DNA of 64,000 nucleotides from Giardia intestinalis (Eukaryota): NCBI GenBank assembly GCA_000002435.2, contig CM018793.1; one strand, 5' to 3'. Shown piece by piece: positions 30,501 to 40,137 of this stretch (position 1 is its first letter; each line of letters starts with the position of its first letter). The notes under the pieces were generated by a model. It saw only the letters and a program-made list of their open reading frames with translations, ran no database searches and was not told where the DNA came from. The position numbers and the translations under genes were made by a program.

Positions 30501-32359
30501 AGCAAAATCTCACAGGGTCCCTGGCCAGTTCCCCCATAATAAAAATAGTTGGCCCTTCTAATGAAACAGGACCCGCCGGGTCTATGCCAACCATGCCTAT
30601 CACCACGCAACTGACACAGAGCGAAAGTATAGGGATCAATGCAGCACACCTCACATTTCTTGTTTCAAAGCTTAACACGCTAAGTCACAATAATCTTCAG
30701 ATTCCCATGGCAGAGCGTGAGTTCATCTTTGGGTACGTTCTTTCGGGGCTTCTAGGGGTCCTGCAAAGTGTCAAGGGAGACAATCCCAGTCTTATAAGCT
30801 TCGTTAATATCCTCAGTTCCCGTCTTGGCCACATAATCACGTGTAGCATTGCTATCGACTCGTTCACGGACATGTTGATTGAGCTACTGATAGAGACGAA
30901 CGCAGCTATCGACAACAAAAAGCTTGTTGGGGAGCTCCGCATCTCCGCATCGAACCTTCGCTTGATGACCAACGCATTTCTAGAGACGCTAACTACAAAC
31001 GTATATAAGCAGTATCACATCTTGCTGAAGTGCGTCAATGTCGTTGCAAATCTACAAAGGATGCTTACCAGCAGCTCAAGCAAGTCTGCGCAAACGTTGG
31101 GAACACAAGGCGAACGCTCTGCAGATATGCTTTCCCTGGAGCTGCTTCTTACGCAGGCTTCTGACAAGGATTTTCCCGACATTGTTCGCCAACTCTCGAG
31201 TGGATTGAGTAAGGCGGAGATTGACTTTGATCTTCCCTATATTCAGCTAGTGTATAAGGCACTCCTGGCTCTTAACATGCCAGATATCTCGAGCGAGCAG
31301 AAGCTGTCGTTTCTTGCTAAGTGCGAAAATCAGCTTCTGGAACACGTGTCCAGGCACCATCTTTTCCGCCTACTCTCTGCCATTGTCGAGCTGGGGACAT
31401 ATCTCTATACAGAAGCTACCACTGCTGCTAACACTCCTGCCTGTCAGAATATATTATCACTTATTGCGCTCATGAACAAAGACTGGATGCTTGATTACAG
31501 ACTCCATCACAATTGTAATCTTCTTCTTAACACAATAGACTTCCTCCACGTGGTTTTGGTTAAGAACCCTGAGATTATGGGCGCTCTTCCGAAGTATGCG
31601 GTTCGAACCATCATGGCACTGCTCTGCGAGGCTTCTACCTCAGACATAGTCACTGACACAAAGCAAAATAGAATACTGGTCTCACTGCAATCTGTTTACA
31701 TTTTCCTCGCAAAGGCCTTGATGAGCAATACCATCACAAACTCATTTAGCCAAATAAGTAATAGCGGCTCAAACACCATTAATTTAGAGTACACTAACAA
31801 CATCCTCGGGTGCCTAACGCTCTTCAGTGCCTCAACCATCTTCGATGAAGAGATCACAGCAGCAGCAATTAACATACACTCTTATATCATGGACTCAGAG
31901 CAGACATATGATTCTCTTAAGCTATACACGAATCTCTCAAATATTCCTCAGAATCTTGGAATCGGGTCTTCTCCATCTTTATTAGGCTCCATAACAAATT
32001 CGATAACGTCTTCTACTGCCCCCGGGAGCAACACACATGCTAGCCCACTCTGCTACTCATTTACAGATGGCCTATCGACGGCTGTCCCCATAAACGCTAT
32101 GGTCTACGTAATCCAAGGGGTTGTGGATAAGAAGATAAATATGATAATTCAAACATCATCATTCATCTTCGCTTGCGCACAGATTAACCAAAAAACTGCG
32201 GTGATAGCCGCTATCTCACGCATCAACAGCTCTGTAATCGTGCAGATTGTGGCGCAGCTTCAACAATTGGCAGATGCTATCGACATAGATTCGCACAAAA
32301 GGTCGAAATTCACCGAAGCAGTATCTGACATCTTCATGAAGCGCAATAGCGCCATATAG
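27548..32359 (+). CDS. Large alpha-solenoid protein (1603 aa) with karyopherin/importin-beta-like N-terminus; candidate exportin or Nup188/Nup192-like scaffold
   Basis: ATG verified. Residues 5-75 (LAAGYFATSSADRMAASLKFDQFLEEDPQSIFNLAQVTF...AIILAALLIKRYL) follow the importin-beta N-terminal domain pattern. The rest is predicted helical-repeat. The size is in the range of Nup188/192 and large exportins. Confidence 0.55.
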   Translation: MSELEALAAGYFATSSADRMAASLKFDQFLEEDPQSIFNLAQVTFTDSQQSQAIILAALLIKRYLSSKYFDLAKASILAGHTPLSLESYGMYSNQPRFGSLSCEDIVSMVQVLLSIYQNAVYQCDHIRMNLSIDTALLIMDATRDFISYALVLQKYYQSSISQTSFSGLSILFNHQNIFRISTRDDVYLCAEQCVLFLRNQAISSSFGSATSAQSDFMSWVQTRTDCSTALFNAVTRYSGVDFSKTTSVINVTSYNPYRKLFYAYCAPTTQGPSMTKAPYDFSFVERLYEALAYMLSLTDTTATGYSGPMLDKLVEGILSTLNLLYVVISMEEIYDIQESNERGLMEIHMGRITDILTSQFFYPFISTFSNTASFFAKVLFALRRSSRPIAFFSMEPIFYRYIEAARRLTLFLHGYEDIISYPEASSMLKWDALQGMLLDTGQLQLSLSADYVEAGGIMMKLWHKFGLNLSYLSPASDKVRDIVKYTQELCTEMFYAYLLAFLYQCSNFYNEESSHMEQLVRNLNEAYSKVDTETRAKAVYQPGADKDLDRVETPKNADSEYCEAGQPSSTLADSYLGRFRSFISAIAGNASFDLLDFSVHTKNMTSTYEISVAAIDSDMCDTFLNTSHPLLLLRIRGLIYAFSQALTKIQENINQGCFTPADITTLQASESCFSVSASYFLFFFKVLRASSLDDKDFVVTLAQTSVALFQFIGSWLQFNFSLYGQDSPVTPYLINRPSYHLFSVMAVEFIDSMVDITSRSTNRVVFRDVAAALMNQGTLRMSSSYALATSLTEASVTEDPLSLSPSDFIAPFLFDLQFQLNLLYSSIIVSSQMHVQLEQAREQARPGQSPNKLTEILGIVFYLDQDQPYYIIASTLIRTKFSRISEHYCTSQLFQQLVKGNLAQSSFNLAPLIYSLFIGIHNIARNYTTIRMYYNALMSMILRDPINKTGQTALLIVTLCNLVNLMGAPSSPCELINFHINVLQQNLTGSLASSPIIKIVGPSNETGPAGSMPTMPITTQLTQSESIGINAAHLTFLVSKLNTLSHNNLQIPMAEREFIFGYVLSGLLGVLQSVKGDNPSLISFVNILSSRLGHIITCSIAIDSFTDMLIELLIETNAAIDNKKLVGELRISASNLRLMTNAFLETLTTNVYKQYHILLKCVNVVANLQRMLTSSSSKSAQTLGTQGERSADMLSLELLLTQASDKDFPDIVRQLSSGLSKAEIDFDLPYIQLVYKALLALNMPDISSEQKLSFLAKCENQLLEHVSRHHLFRLLSAIVELGTYLYTEATTAANTPACQNILSLIALMNKDWMLDYRLHHNCNLLLNTIDFLHVVLVKNPEIMGALPKYAVRTIMALLCEASTSDIVTDTKQNRILVSLQSVYIFLAKALMSNTITNSFSQISNSGSNTINLEYTNNILGCLTLFSASTIFDEEITAAAINIHSYIMDSEQTYDSLKLYTNLSNIPQNLGIGSSPSLLGSITNSITSSTAPGSNTHASPLCYSFTDGLSTAVPINAMVYVIQGVVDKKINMIIQTSSFIFACAQINQKTAVIAAISRINSSVIVQIVAQLQQLADAIDIDSHKRSKFTEAVSDIFMKRNSAI

Positions 32360-32422
32360 CATTCGATTGGATCTTGAGTACACAAACAAGGTTTAATTAG
32401 TTTCTAGTTCAATTTAAAATAA

Positions 32423-33022
32423 ATGAGTTTTGGTGTGCTGTTGCCTGGGAAACCACCGATCACAGAATTTGAAGTTCGCGGAGACTCCCAGTTGACGCTC
32501 TGCATACCAGAAGTCACGAGTGTGACGCACGTGACCGTCTTTGCAATCCAGCCCCCTCCCCTTCCCGATGGATACACTTATGGCATCTATCTGCAGCAGG
32601 GGCACAATCTTTGGGTATGCATCGGGTTAATCCATGCAGGCTGTCACTCCATCTCCGTGGCTATCGGCAAGTACATGGTCGACAAACAGATAAACTACAC
32701 CGGGTATATTCACATTACCATAGCGACCACTGAGGATTGCATGAGGGCACTAGAAGACGCCAGAAGCAAGTATGATATCAAGGATCGGGGGCACCAGCTG
32801 CTTGATCAGATTGGCGAGGCTTTAGCCAACGATCTAGTGAAGTATCTTGTTTCTTATGAAGGAATAGACTATAACGGAGATCAGTACATTCCAAGCGGTG
32901 TACTGGACAAGTGGACAGAAACGTATCACCAGAGGGTCAGTACGTCTAGTCGATTTTGGCGCCCGCTTGATTCTTCTTGTCTGTGTGTATCTCATCAAAC
33001 GTCACCACAACCTCATCAGTAG
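32423..33022 (+). CDS. Hikeshi / OPI10 family protein (Hsp70 nuclear import carrier homolog)
   Basis: ATG verified with AT-rich upstream (caatttaaaataaATG). Collinear with human Hikeshi: MSFGVLLPGKP vs MFGCLVAGR; SVTHVTVFAIQPPPLPDGYTYGIYL vs [25 protein letters not shown]; C-terminus IPSGVLDKWTETYHQRVSTSSRFWRP vs [25 protein letters not shown]. Confidence 0.85.
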   Translation: MSFGVLLPGKPPITEFEVRGDSQLTLCIPEVTSVTHVTVFAIQPPPLPDGYTYGIYLQQGHNLWVCIGLIHAGCHSISVAIGKYMVDKQINYTGYIHITIATTEDCMRALEDARSKYDIKDRGHQLLDQIGEALANDLVKYLVSYEGIDYNGDQYIPSGVLDKWTETYHQRVSTSSRFWRPLDSSCLCVSHQTSPQPHQ

Positions 33023-33512
33023 CCGGAGGGAAATAGCTCGGCCTTGTTGGAATGTTTGGCCACAGATGGAAAGGAGCCCACGCTGTAGGAGGAGTGAGGC
33101 CGTGAGGGCTCATATTAACACTGGGATCAAAGACAGGGTTTCCGGCGGCAGAGCAGATTAGCTTGACCTTCTGTGATATTTCATAGTCAACAAACAGCTT
33201 AGGGATTTTGTCTGGTTCGTAGACAATGATCATGTCTGATATGTCTGCAGATTTATAGTAGTAGTCTCCATCAGCAGACACATATGACTCTGTCGCCAAG
33301 GGCGTTTTAAAGACTCTGAAGGGGTACACACGGAGAAGATTGTCGTACTGGCGCAACAGGTGCATCTCTCCCGACTGACCAGTAATATCAAAGACGAATT
33401 CAAATGCAAAGTCTGGATTGCGACGAGCAGCCTCGGCAAGGGCATCAGGAAGCTCAACAATGTACTGCTCCTGGCAGAGAAAGTCGTCTTTCAACATGTC
33501 CACCGATGTCAT
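32946..33512 (-). CDS. Hypothetical protein (188 aa); convergent with Hikeshi, 3' ends overlapping by 77 nt
   Basis: ATG verified at 33512. Protein-like composition; no confident domain. Confidence 0.5.
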   Translation of the reverse strand: MTSVDMLKDDFLCQEQYIVELPDALAEAARRNPDFAFEFVFDITGQSGEMHLLRQYDNLLRVYPFRVFKTPLATESYVSADGDYYYKSADISDMIIVYEPDKIPKLFVDYEISQKVKLICSAAGNPVFDPSVNMSPHGLTPPTAWAPFHLWPNIPTRPSYFPPATDEVVVTFDEIHTDKKNQAGAKID

Positions 33513-33606
33513 CGGCTCGTTATTATTGTTGTTATTATCATTTTGCTATTTATGGTAAATTGCAATTTACTATCTTGCCATATATTATTGAAAGAAGGTG
33601 TGCTGC

Positions 33607-34656
33607 ATGCAGAACACTACAAAAGTAAAGGTTCAGCTCCTGAAGACCCTTGATGATGGATCGGTAGACCCTAACTGCTACGCGTGCAAGATGGGTCATG
33701 TGATATTAACAAGTGATGGAAGGATATCCTCTGAGTCACCAGCAGTCAAAGATAAGCAGTTGCTAATCAAAAAGAACGGGAAAGTTGATAATAGGTCAGC
33801 AATATGTAAGAAAACTGTAGATCAGGATAGAACTATTCAGGCCCCCTTGGGTTCATCTTTGTCGATGACACACCCGAATACCATGCTTGCCACTCGTGAC
33901 AGCACAGAGACAACCACGCCTGGCGTGCAACAAGGCTCTACTCTATCTATTTCATCTGAACGCAAGCCAACTATACACACCACTGTTTCTCCAGCCCCCT
34001 CTGCCCCTCTATCAATTCCTAATACAATAGTTCAGCCCCCTGCTTCAAATCAACCAAATCAGCTTTCCTCTTTGGCCCCAATTTCACTACCGCCTCCCGT
34101 ACCAACTGTTAGGCAGTCTCCCCAACTACAAACCCATGCGACCGCACACAGGAATCCACAGTTTCCACCATTGAGTCATCAGGAAAAGGCCCCCGTCCCC
34201 AAAGGATCAGAGCACCAGGCTCATAATAGTAGTGTTCATAGTACAGAGTCTATTTTCAATCGAGCAGGCATTCCAAGGACTCACGAGTTCGCTTGCGTAG
34301 CGTATTCTATGGCCTCTACCAGAAGTTATTTTACGTACAATTTTCTGTGTTTCCTTCAACGTTTGTTCCATCGTCCCGTGGACACCGAAGAGGAGAGTAT
34401 TCTGGGGTTGCAGCCCTTCTACAATTGCTTGAGCCAAGAAGCAAAAGATGTGCTCATGAGAAATCTTCCTGGGTGCGAAAAAGAGTTAGTATTGCGTCTA
34501 TTGGGACAAAGCATTCAGCTAATGAGCCCATCTGCACTGTCTGTCATCGATGCAATTGAAAGTGCCATAAGTGAAGACAAGCCGTTCACTAACGCATGCC
34601 AAACGTTGTATCAGCTAAGCAAGCACGTAAGAAGCACATTACTGGCGAATTCATAG
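33607..34656 (+). CDS. Hypothetical protein with central Pro/Ser/Thr-rich low-complexity region
   Basis: First ATG at 33607 (the track start at 33598 is GTG). The C-terminal ~120 aa is structured-looking (EESILGLQPFYNCLSQEAKDVLMRNLPGCEKELVLRLLGQSIQLM). Confidence 0.45.
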   Translation: MQNTTKVKVQLLKTLDDGSVDPNCYACKMGHVILTSDGRISSESPAVKDKQLLIKKNGKVDNRSAICKKTVDQDRTIQAPLGSSLSMTHPNTMLATRDSTETTTPGVQQGSTLSISSERKPTIHTTVSPAPSAPLSIPNTIVQPPASNQPNQLSSLAPISLPPPVPTVRQSPQLQTHATAHRNPQFPPLSHQEKAPVPKGSEHQAHNSSVHSTESIFNRAGIPRTHEFACVAYSMASTRSYFTYNFLCFLQRLFHRPVDTEEESILGLQPFYNCLSQEAKDVLMRNLPGCEKELVLRLLGQSIQLMSPSALSVIDAIESAISEDKPFTNACQTLYQLSKHVRSTLLANS

Positions 34657-34685
34657 ATACTGGCCCGCTGAAATCATAGATGAAG

Positions 34686-35309
34686 TCATAGAAGGTGTGC
34701 AAACCTCTCTCTGGCAGCAGAGACATTTATGTGGCAGTACCCATTTGGCCTACTTGCCAGGTACTTTTGATGCATCTCTTCGGCCACGCTATAGTTTTTC
34801 AGCTCAGCTACCTCTGTCACAATCGGTTTCTCATAGGATGGCCGAAGCTCCTGCACTTTCTTTTCTATTATCTGAACGTCATCCTTTTCACATGGAAGGT
34901 AGTAAATCCCGGACCTGTACTGTGTCCCGACGTCATTTCCTTGAGAATTTTTGCTCGTCGGATCGATCACAGCGAAGAATATGTCGAGTATGTTTTCTAG
35001 TGTGATCACCCGTCTATCATACTCAATGGCCACAGCCTCCGCAGCGTCTGTTGCGCCAGAACAGACGGACTGATATGAAAGCCCGCAAGCAGGGACGTTT
35101 GCATGCTTGAGAAATGGAACAGTCTGGGCTTCTACGCTACCAGATGGCATCACTCCACGTGCATCTGTGCTTGCGTTTGCATAACCAACGACAGTGGTAC
35201 AGATACCCTTGAAGCTATCCATAAGCGCCTGGAGGCCCCAGAAGCAACCACCCGCGAGGACGATATGCCTAACCTCAACTGCCTCCTCTTGACGCCCCAC
35301 ACCATCCAT
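34686..35309 (-). CDS. msrA: Peptide methionine sulfoxide reductase MsrA
   Basis: ATG verified. Catalytic GCFWG in LAGGCFWGLQ, then VVGYANAS, VCSGATDAAEAVAIEYD and QGNDVGTQYRSGIYY, all MsrA hallmarks. Confidence 0.9.
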   Translation of the reverse strand: MDGVGRQEEAVEVRHIVLAGGCFWGLQALMDSFKGICTTVVGYANASTDARGVMPSGSVEAQTVPFLKHANVPACGLSYQSVCSGATDAAEAVAIEYDRRVITLENILDIFFAVIDPTSKNSQGNDVGTQYRSGIYYLPCEKDDVQIIEKKVQELRPSYEKPIVTEVAELKNYSVAEEMHQKYLASRPNGYCHINVSAARERFAHLL

Positions 35310-35336
35310 TTTAAATTTTCTTCGGCTCCCCGATTG
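35310..35336. promoter_or_regulatory. 27-bp divergent intergenic region with ttttaaatttt core, shared by msrA (-) and the gene at 35337 (+)
   Basis: Sequence ccatccattttaaattttcttcggctccccgattgATG. Both flanking start codons were verified as ATG. Confidence 0.5.
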
Positions 35337-36302
35337 ATGCAGCTAGACTGCACGGCTCTGGTGGCGCTTCTCAAGTCGGGAGGAATGTCATCAGTTCGGC
35401 TGTTTGAGCTAGCACAACCTTTGCTCCAAAATGAAACCACTCTTGCGTCTCTTTGTTCTAAACTTACTGACGCAATGAAGCGGGAATTCGACTGGTCTGA
35501 GGAGTGTAAGAAGCCGTTATCGGTGTTCTTCTTTGAGAGAGCTTATGAGTTCTTCATTGCAGTGCTTCCATTGACAAATCTCAAACATGAGACTCAATTG
35601 ATTGAACTATTTACCTTTACCGAGCATTTTTTAACCTATCAGATGAAAAATCGCGGCCCGGCGCACTATCAATTGGTTTTTGTGGCGGAGAGGGTCAATG
35701 ACAAGGCAAGTGACATTCTTGGTTGTACTTCTAAATCTGCTTCTGAATTGTATATCAGACGGTATAGCAGACTCTTAGATGTCCTGTTTGACTCACTCAC
35801 AACTCCTAACTTCCGCATCCTCGCTTTGCAGCGAATCATACAGCATATCTCACAGGTCATTGTCCCAGCCTCTTCCGATACAGCGTTAGCAGCTCTGGTC
35901 TACCTCCTCACGGATATGACGTTGAACATTGACGCCTGGACAGTGGACACGATCATCTCGTTATTTAATCATGCAGCACAGCTGGCGCTTTCCATGGCCC
36001 TTGCTTTTCAGTGTCTCTTTGCGGAAAGCCTCATCGAAACCGTGCGGGTGCTCGCGTCCAATACGTTGGTGTATAGCTTCCTTGATAGCAAGCACGTCAC
36101 AGCCCTTAGCCGGACTCTTCTACGAAGCCTGTCGCTTTTGCTAGACAAACAGGATGTCCTGGACAAAGTTAAAGGAACTACTGACATGACATGCTTACTT
36201 TCTAGCATTGATAACATGGCCCTTGCACTAGACGACCAAGGTATCAAGGAACACTATGACAAACTCCTATCTGCTCTAAGCTTAACTTCTGGCTGCGTTT
36301 GA
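35337..36302 (+). CDS. Hypothetical helical (ARM/HEAT-like) protein (321 aa)
   Basis: ATG at 35337. The track's longer ORF from 35103 would run antisense through msrA and is rejected. No recognisable catalytic motifs. Confidence 0.5.
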   Translation: MQLDCTALVALLKSGGMSSVRLFELAQPLLQNETTLASLCSKLTDAMKREFDWSEECKKPLSVFFFERAYEFFIAVLPLTNLKHETQLIELFTFTEHFLTYQMKNRGPAHYQLVFVAERVNDKASDILGCTSKSASELYIRRYSRLLDVLFDSLTTPNFRILALQRIIQHISQVIVPASSDTALAALVYLLTDMTLNIDAWTVDTIISLFNHAAQLALSMALAFQCLFAESLIETVRVLASNTLVYSFLDSKHVTALSRTLLRSLSLLLDKQDVLDKVKGTTDMTCLLSSIDNMALALDDQGIKEHYDKLLSALSLTSGCV

Positions 36303-36333
36303 GTAGAAAAAAGTGAATTCGGCTTTGCTAGCT

Positions 36334-37494
36334 ATGAGCAAACCGCAAGATAGTGCTCTAATATCTTCTGCGGCGGTGACTCAGACCCCAGATGCATCCA
36401 TGCTTCACGTAAACCAGGAGAAACAGAGCGCTATTACCGCGTCTCAAATTGGCAATGCTGGGCTTTTCCTTTCTGCAAATACTTCAGTGATGCAAGAAAT
36501 GTCATCTACACAGGCGTTCCACATCCTCAAATTGCAGCCCCAGTCTGCTACCAACGGTGCTACTTTTACCCTCCTAGAAGACAAGGAGGTTATTGATAAG
36601 CTTGACTCCATGGCCACTCAGATTCACGAGCTTAGCTCGGCCATTTGTGTGATGAGCGATGACCTCTTCAAAAAGTCTGCCTTAATTGCTGATTTGACCA
36701 AACAGTTACAAAGGTCTGAACGAGAGCTGGTTAGGCTCAGCACTATCCAAAGGCCACCAGAGCCTACGTTAGCTGAAGGTAGTCATCCTCCATTGATAAC
36801 TGGAAGCAATTTGCCGATTAATGTGGAGTTTGCCACTCTATCTTTTCAGTCTAATCAATCTGACGGTACTCCTCCAGTATCCACACTTCTAACCAATGAA
36901 CCTGCCCTAGATTCGACGCCGCCTCTTACAATGCAGCTTTCATTAAGCAATCCCCCTGACGATGCCTATGAGCCGGAATCGCCTGTTAACTACCGCAGAT
37001 CCGAGCTGAAGACATCAATAGATGATAACGTGCAACCGACAAATGACTACGCGGTAGAAATCACAGAGCTCAAGGCTCTGCTCTCTAACCAAGACCATCT
37101 CATCAACGCGCTTGTAAGCATTGCTAACGAAGAGGCTGAGCTACTCAAAGTATTGTTGATGGATGAAGAGTATCTTCCAGAAGATGTCAATGGGATTCCT
37201 TGTATCGCCGCGGCCATTGATACACTTAAGGAGTCAGGTATCCTATTAGTTCGCGACGATTTAGATTTACACAGAAATGTCAAGACCAAGCTGATAGAGC
37301 TGCAAGAGCTACGGTTTTCTGTGAAGCTGCTAGGTACTGTAAAGCAGAGGACTGATGATCGACTTCTCGCAGTCGCCCAGAAGGTTTCTACTTCGCTGTC
37401 GAAATTTGAAAGGATGTTTTGCTACTTTGTGATCCTGGGTCTCTGTGCTTTGCTTTTTAGTCAATGGATTGTTAATCCGTGGAAATATAATTAA
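36334..37494 (+). CDS. Hypothetical tail-anchored membrane protein with coiled-coil region
   Basis: First ATG at 36334 (the track start at 36313 is GTG). The C-terminal single TM is MFCYFVILGLCALLFSQWIV, followed by 6 residues. Coiled-coil segments (LKALLSNQDHLINALVSIANEEAELLKVLL). Confidence 0.5.
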   Translation: MSKPQDSALISSAAVTQTPDASMLHVNQEKQSAITASQIGNAGLFLSANTSVMQEMSSTQAFHILKLQPQSATNGATFTLLEDKEVIDKLDSMATQIHELSSAICVMSDDLFKKSALIADLTKQLQRSERELVRLSTIQRPPEPTLAEGSHPPLITGSNLPINVEFATLSFQSNQSDGTPPVSTLLTNEPALDSTPPLTMQLSLSNPPDDAYEPESPVNYRRSELKTSIDDNVQPTNDYAVEITELKALLSNQDHLINALVSIANEEAELLKVLLMDEEYLPEDVNGIPCIAAAIDTLKESGILLVRDDLDLHRNVKTKLIELQELRFSVKLLGTVKQRTDDRLLAVAQKVSTSLSKFERMFCYFVILGLCALLFSQWIVNPWKYN

Positions 37495-38036
37495 AAATAA
37501 TGCAACAATTCTATTGTGGCCGATAACCCAGATTGCATAAGGTTGTCTAATCACTTATGACTCCACTTACATGTTAGTGGAGGTATCTGTAGATAGGTAA
37601 ATCCACGACAGCGCTTAGTAGGTCAAAACTGGACAGATGTGTCTAGTAAGCGTCTAGCTAAACTTAGAGCTAGTCAACTCAGGATTATAGTTTCATTTTG
37701 TGCCCTGAAAGCAGTTGCACTGAATCAGGACATCTCGACTACCTTGTGCTGGTGACTCTCTCTACTGATGGACACGTGCCAGCACGCTACCCTCTGTGCA
37801 TCCGATGACGACAACTCGGGTTCGTTACTGGAAACGGAGGACTCCTTCAAGATGGGACAGTCCTACGCATGGCACCACAAGCCACACAGGAAATCGCGGT
37901 CCATTGGTGACACGTAACCGCTCGGTAGGAATATATCCACATGTGGGCAGGACTAGCTCTCTGCGCCACAACTGCTGTTGATGACCCCAGAGTCGCCCGG
38001 ACAGTCCAGCGGTACGTAAAGCACATATAAACCAGT

Positions 38037-40137
38037 GCGTTTACTACCTAAGTCATGCCTTCCCTCTGCATATGAACCACCAGCAGAGGAAGCCCACAAG
38101 GCCAGCCACGACAACCACCACAGCGACGGAGATACCTGCTATGGCGCCTGTGCTGAGGCCGCTTCTGTTGCCCCCGCTGGGCTTGGTGGACACGCACGCC
38201 TCACCCTCCAGCCTGTAGTCGTCCCCGCACCGGCCGCACTTGTTCTCCTCGCTGCACCTGACGCACCCGTCGATACTGCAGGCGATGCACTGGGAGCCGT
38301 CTGTGTTCGGCCTCTGGTCTTTACTGGTACAGGCCTCGCACTTGCCGCCTGCTCCACAGTGCGAGCATCCGTCAACGGTACAGGTGAAGCACCCGCTCCC
38401 AGCCAGGTTGGGCTTGTTGTTGCCGCTACACGCTGTGCATGTGGCAGGGGTCATGCCAGGAGCCTCTAGCGCTGCTGGGGCCGTGCATGCTGTGCAGCCA
38501 TATACTCCCACATATGCCTTAGCGGTGCTGCCAGCCCCTATCACTGTGCCAAGGGGGTTCTCGCAGGCCAGGACAGACTGATCAGTATTGGATGCCCCCG
38601 GGACCAGGAAGTACCGGCCGTTCTCGCTGGGGGCGGTGCACCTCCCTCCCTCGGCGGTCTTGCACATGTGGCTGCCAGGAGCCTTCGACACATCATAGCA
38701 GCCGCCCATGTACAGGAAGAACCCGGCAGCACACCGGGTGCAGACGCCGTTCTCGCAGGTGTTGTCACCCTTAGTTCCTGTGCAGACCCCATCGATGGGG
38801 AACGTGGCGGGGTCTCCGCACAGCGAGCAGTACTGGGAGAACGCCCCGGCGCTGTCAACGACGACCGCCCCGCAGGCCCCAGACGTCCCCCCGCAGGCCG
38901 TGGGGTCCTCGCAGACCTTTGTGCACTTCACCGGATTGGTTCCCTCCTTGCGATAGTTGGACTTGCAATCGGTGCATGTAGGGGTTAGGCCGCTGTTACA
39001 TTGGGAGCACCCCTCTATGCCATTGTCGGCTTTACTGTCGCAGGCGAAGCACTTACCAGCAGAGCCGGGTTGTTTCAGGAAGTACCCTGGCTTGCATGTA
39101 TCACACTTATCATTTCCAGCTTGAGTGCAGGTGGCGCAATTCTCGCCACAAGGGTCGCAGGTAACTGAGTTCCCGCTTCCCTTTTTTATATACCCAGCTA
39201 AACAGGCAGAGCATTGATCCTTGCCTGGACAGCTGCTACACCCGGCAACGCCGCCTCGCGCATCATCGCCACATAGGACACAAGCCTTTGGAGGTGTTTG
39301 ATCAATAAAATGAGTGCTAGTGCACTCTCCCTCCGCAACGCATGTCGTCGTCCCGTCTGCCGCTGTCTTCACTATCTTGCTACTGCTGCAGGTCTTACAT
39401 TGTGGTTGACTAATAGTTGCATTGTACTCACAGGTGGCACAGTCAGCTATGTCAGTAGCGCAGGCCTTGCACTTGTCTACTTTTGGATCTGCATAGCTAT
39501 CACTACCACATCCACTAGCCTCTACACACTCAGTCCCCTTCAGGAACTTCCCCTTGGGGCAGGCGGTGCACTGAGTCGGAGTAGCAGACTCACACGTCAA
39601 ACAGCCGGGTCCGCATTGCACACATGCATCGCCCTTCTTGGCGTACCCTCCTTGGCATGCAGTGCACGTGGCAGCCCCTGTACCGCCACCTGGCGCCGTG
39701 CATGTGTAGCAGCCCGCCACCCCCGTGACTCCGTCTCGCGGAGCGACGTCCGAGCAAAGCACGCACTCGTTGCCAGGGGCTACTGGGCTGGCCGGGTTCT
39801 GGAATAGATACGCGGCGCCTGCCTTGCAGGTGGTGCACACCCCCTTGTCGGCCGCCGTGCAGATCTCAGACCACTGGCTCGTCTTGTAGCACCCGCCCAT
39901 GAAGAGGAAGTACCCGTCCCCGCACTTCCCGCAGATAGTATCCGACCCCGCCAACGCGGTCCCGTCTGCCCTGGTGCACCCGGCCGCCGCGGCCTGGGGG
40001 GTGCCGGGGGGCCAGCAGAAGCCGCCGACCGGGACGCCCCCGGCCCTGCACTCGGTGCAGATCTCGGAGTACCCGACCGTCTCGCACTTGTCGGTCTGGC
40101 AGCTCGCGGCGTGGTCTCCGTCTGGCTGGCAAGGCGC
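38037..40137. repeat. Inverted repeat arm A (2,101 bp), at least 99.9% identical to arm B at 46998..49098
   Basis: Every alternate-frame ORF in this arm has a mirror-image ORF of identical sequence in arm B. Direct nucleotide comparison of the ends gives the boundaries: at one end gcgccttgccagcc, at the other the AGTAAACgc poly(A) signal. Two synonymous differences were seen near the 3' end (ACC/ACT and AGA/AGG). Confidence 0.9.

Noticed and set aside
35103-35336. 5' extension of the gene at 35337 running antisense through msrA
   Set aside because: Starting at the ATG at 35337 leaves a clean 27-bp AT-rich divergent promoter with msrA.
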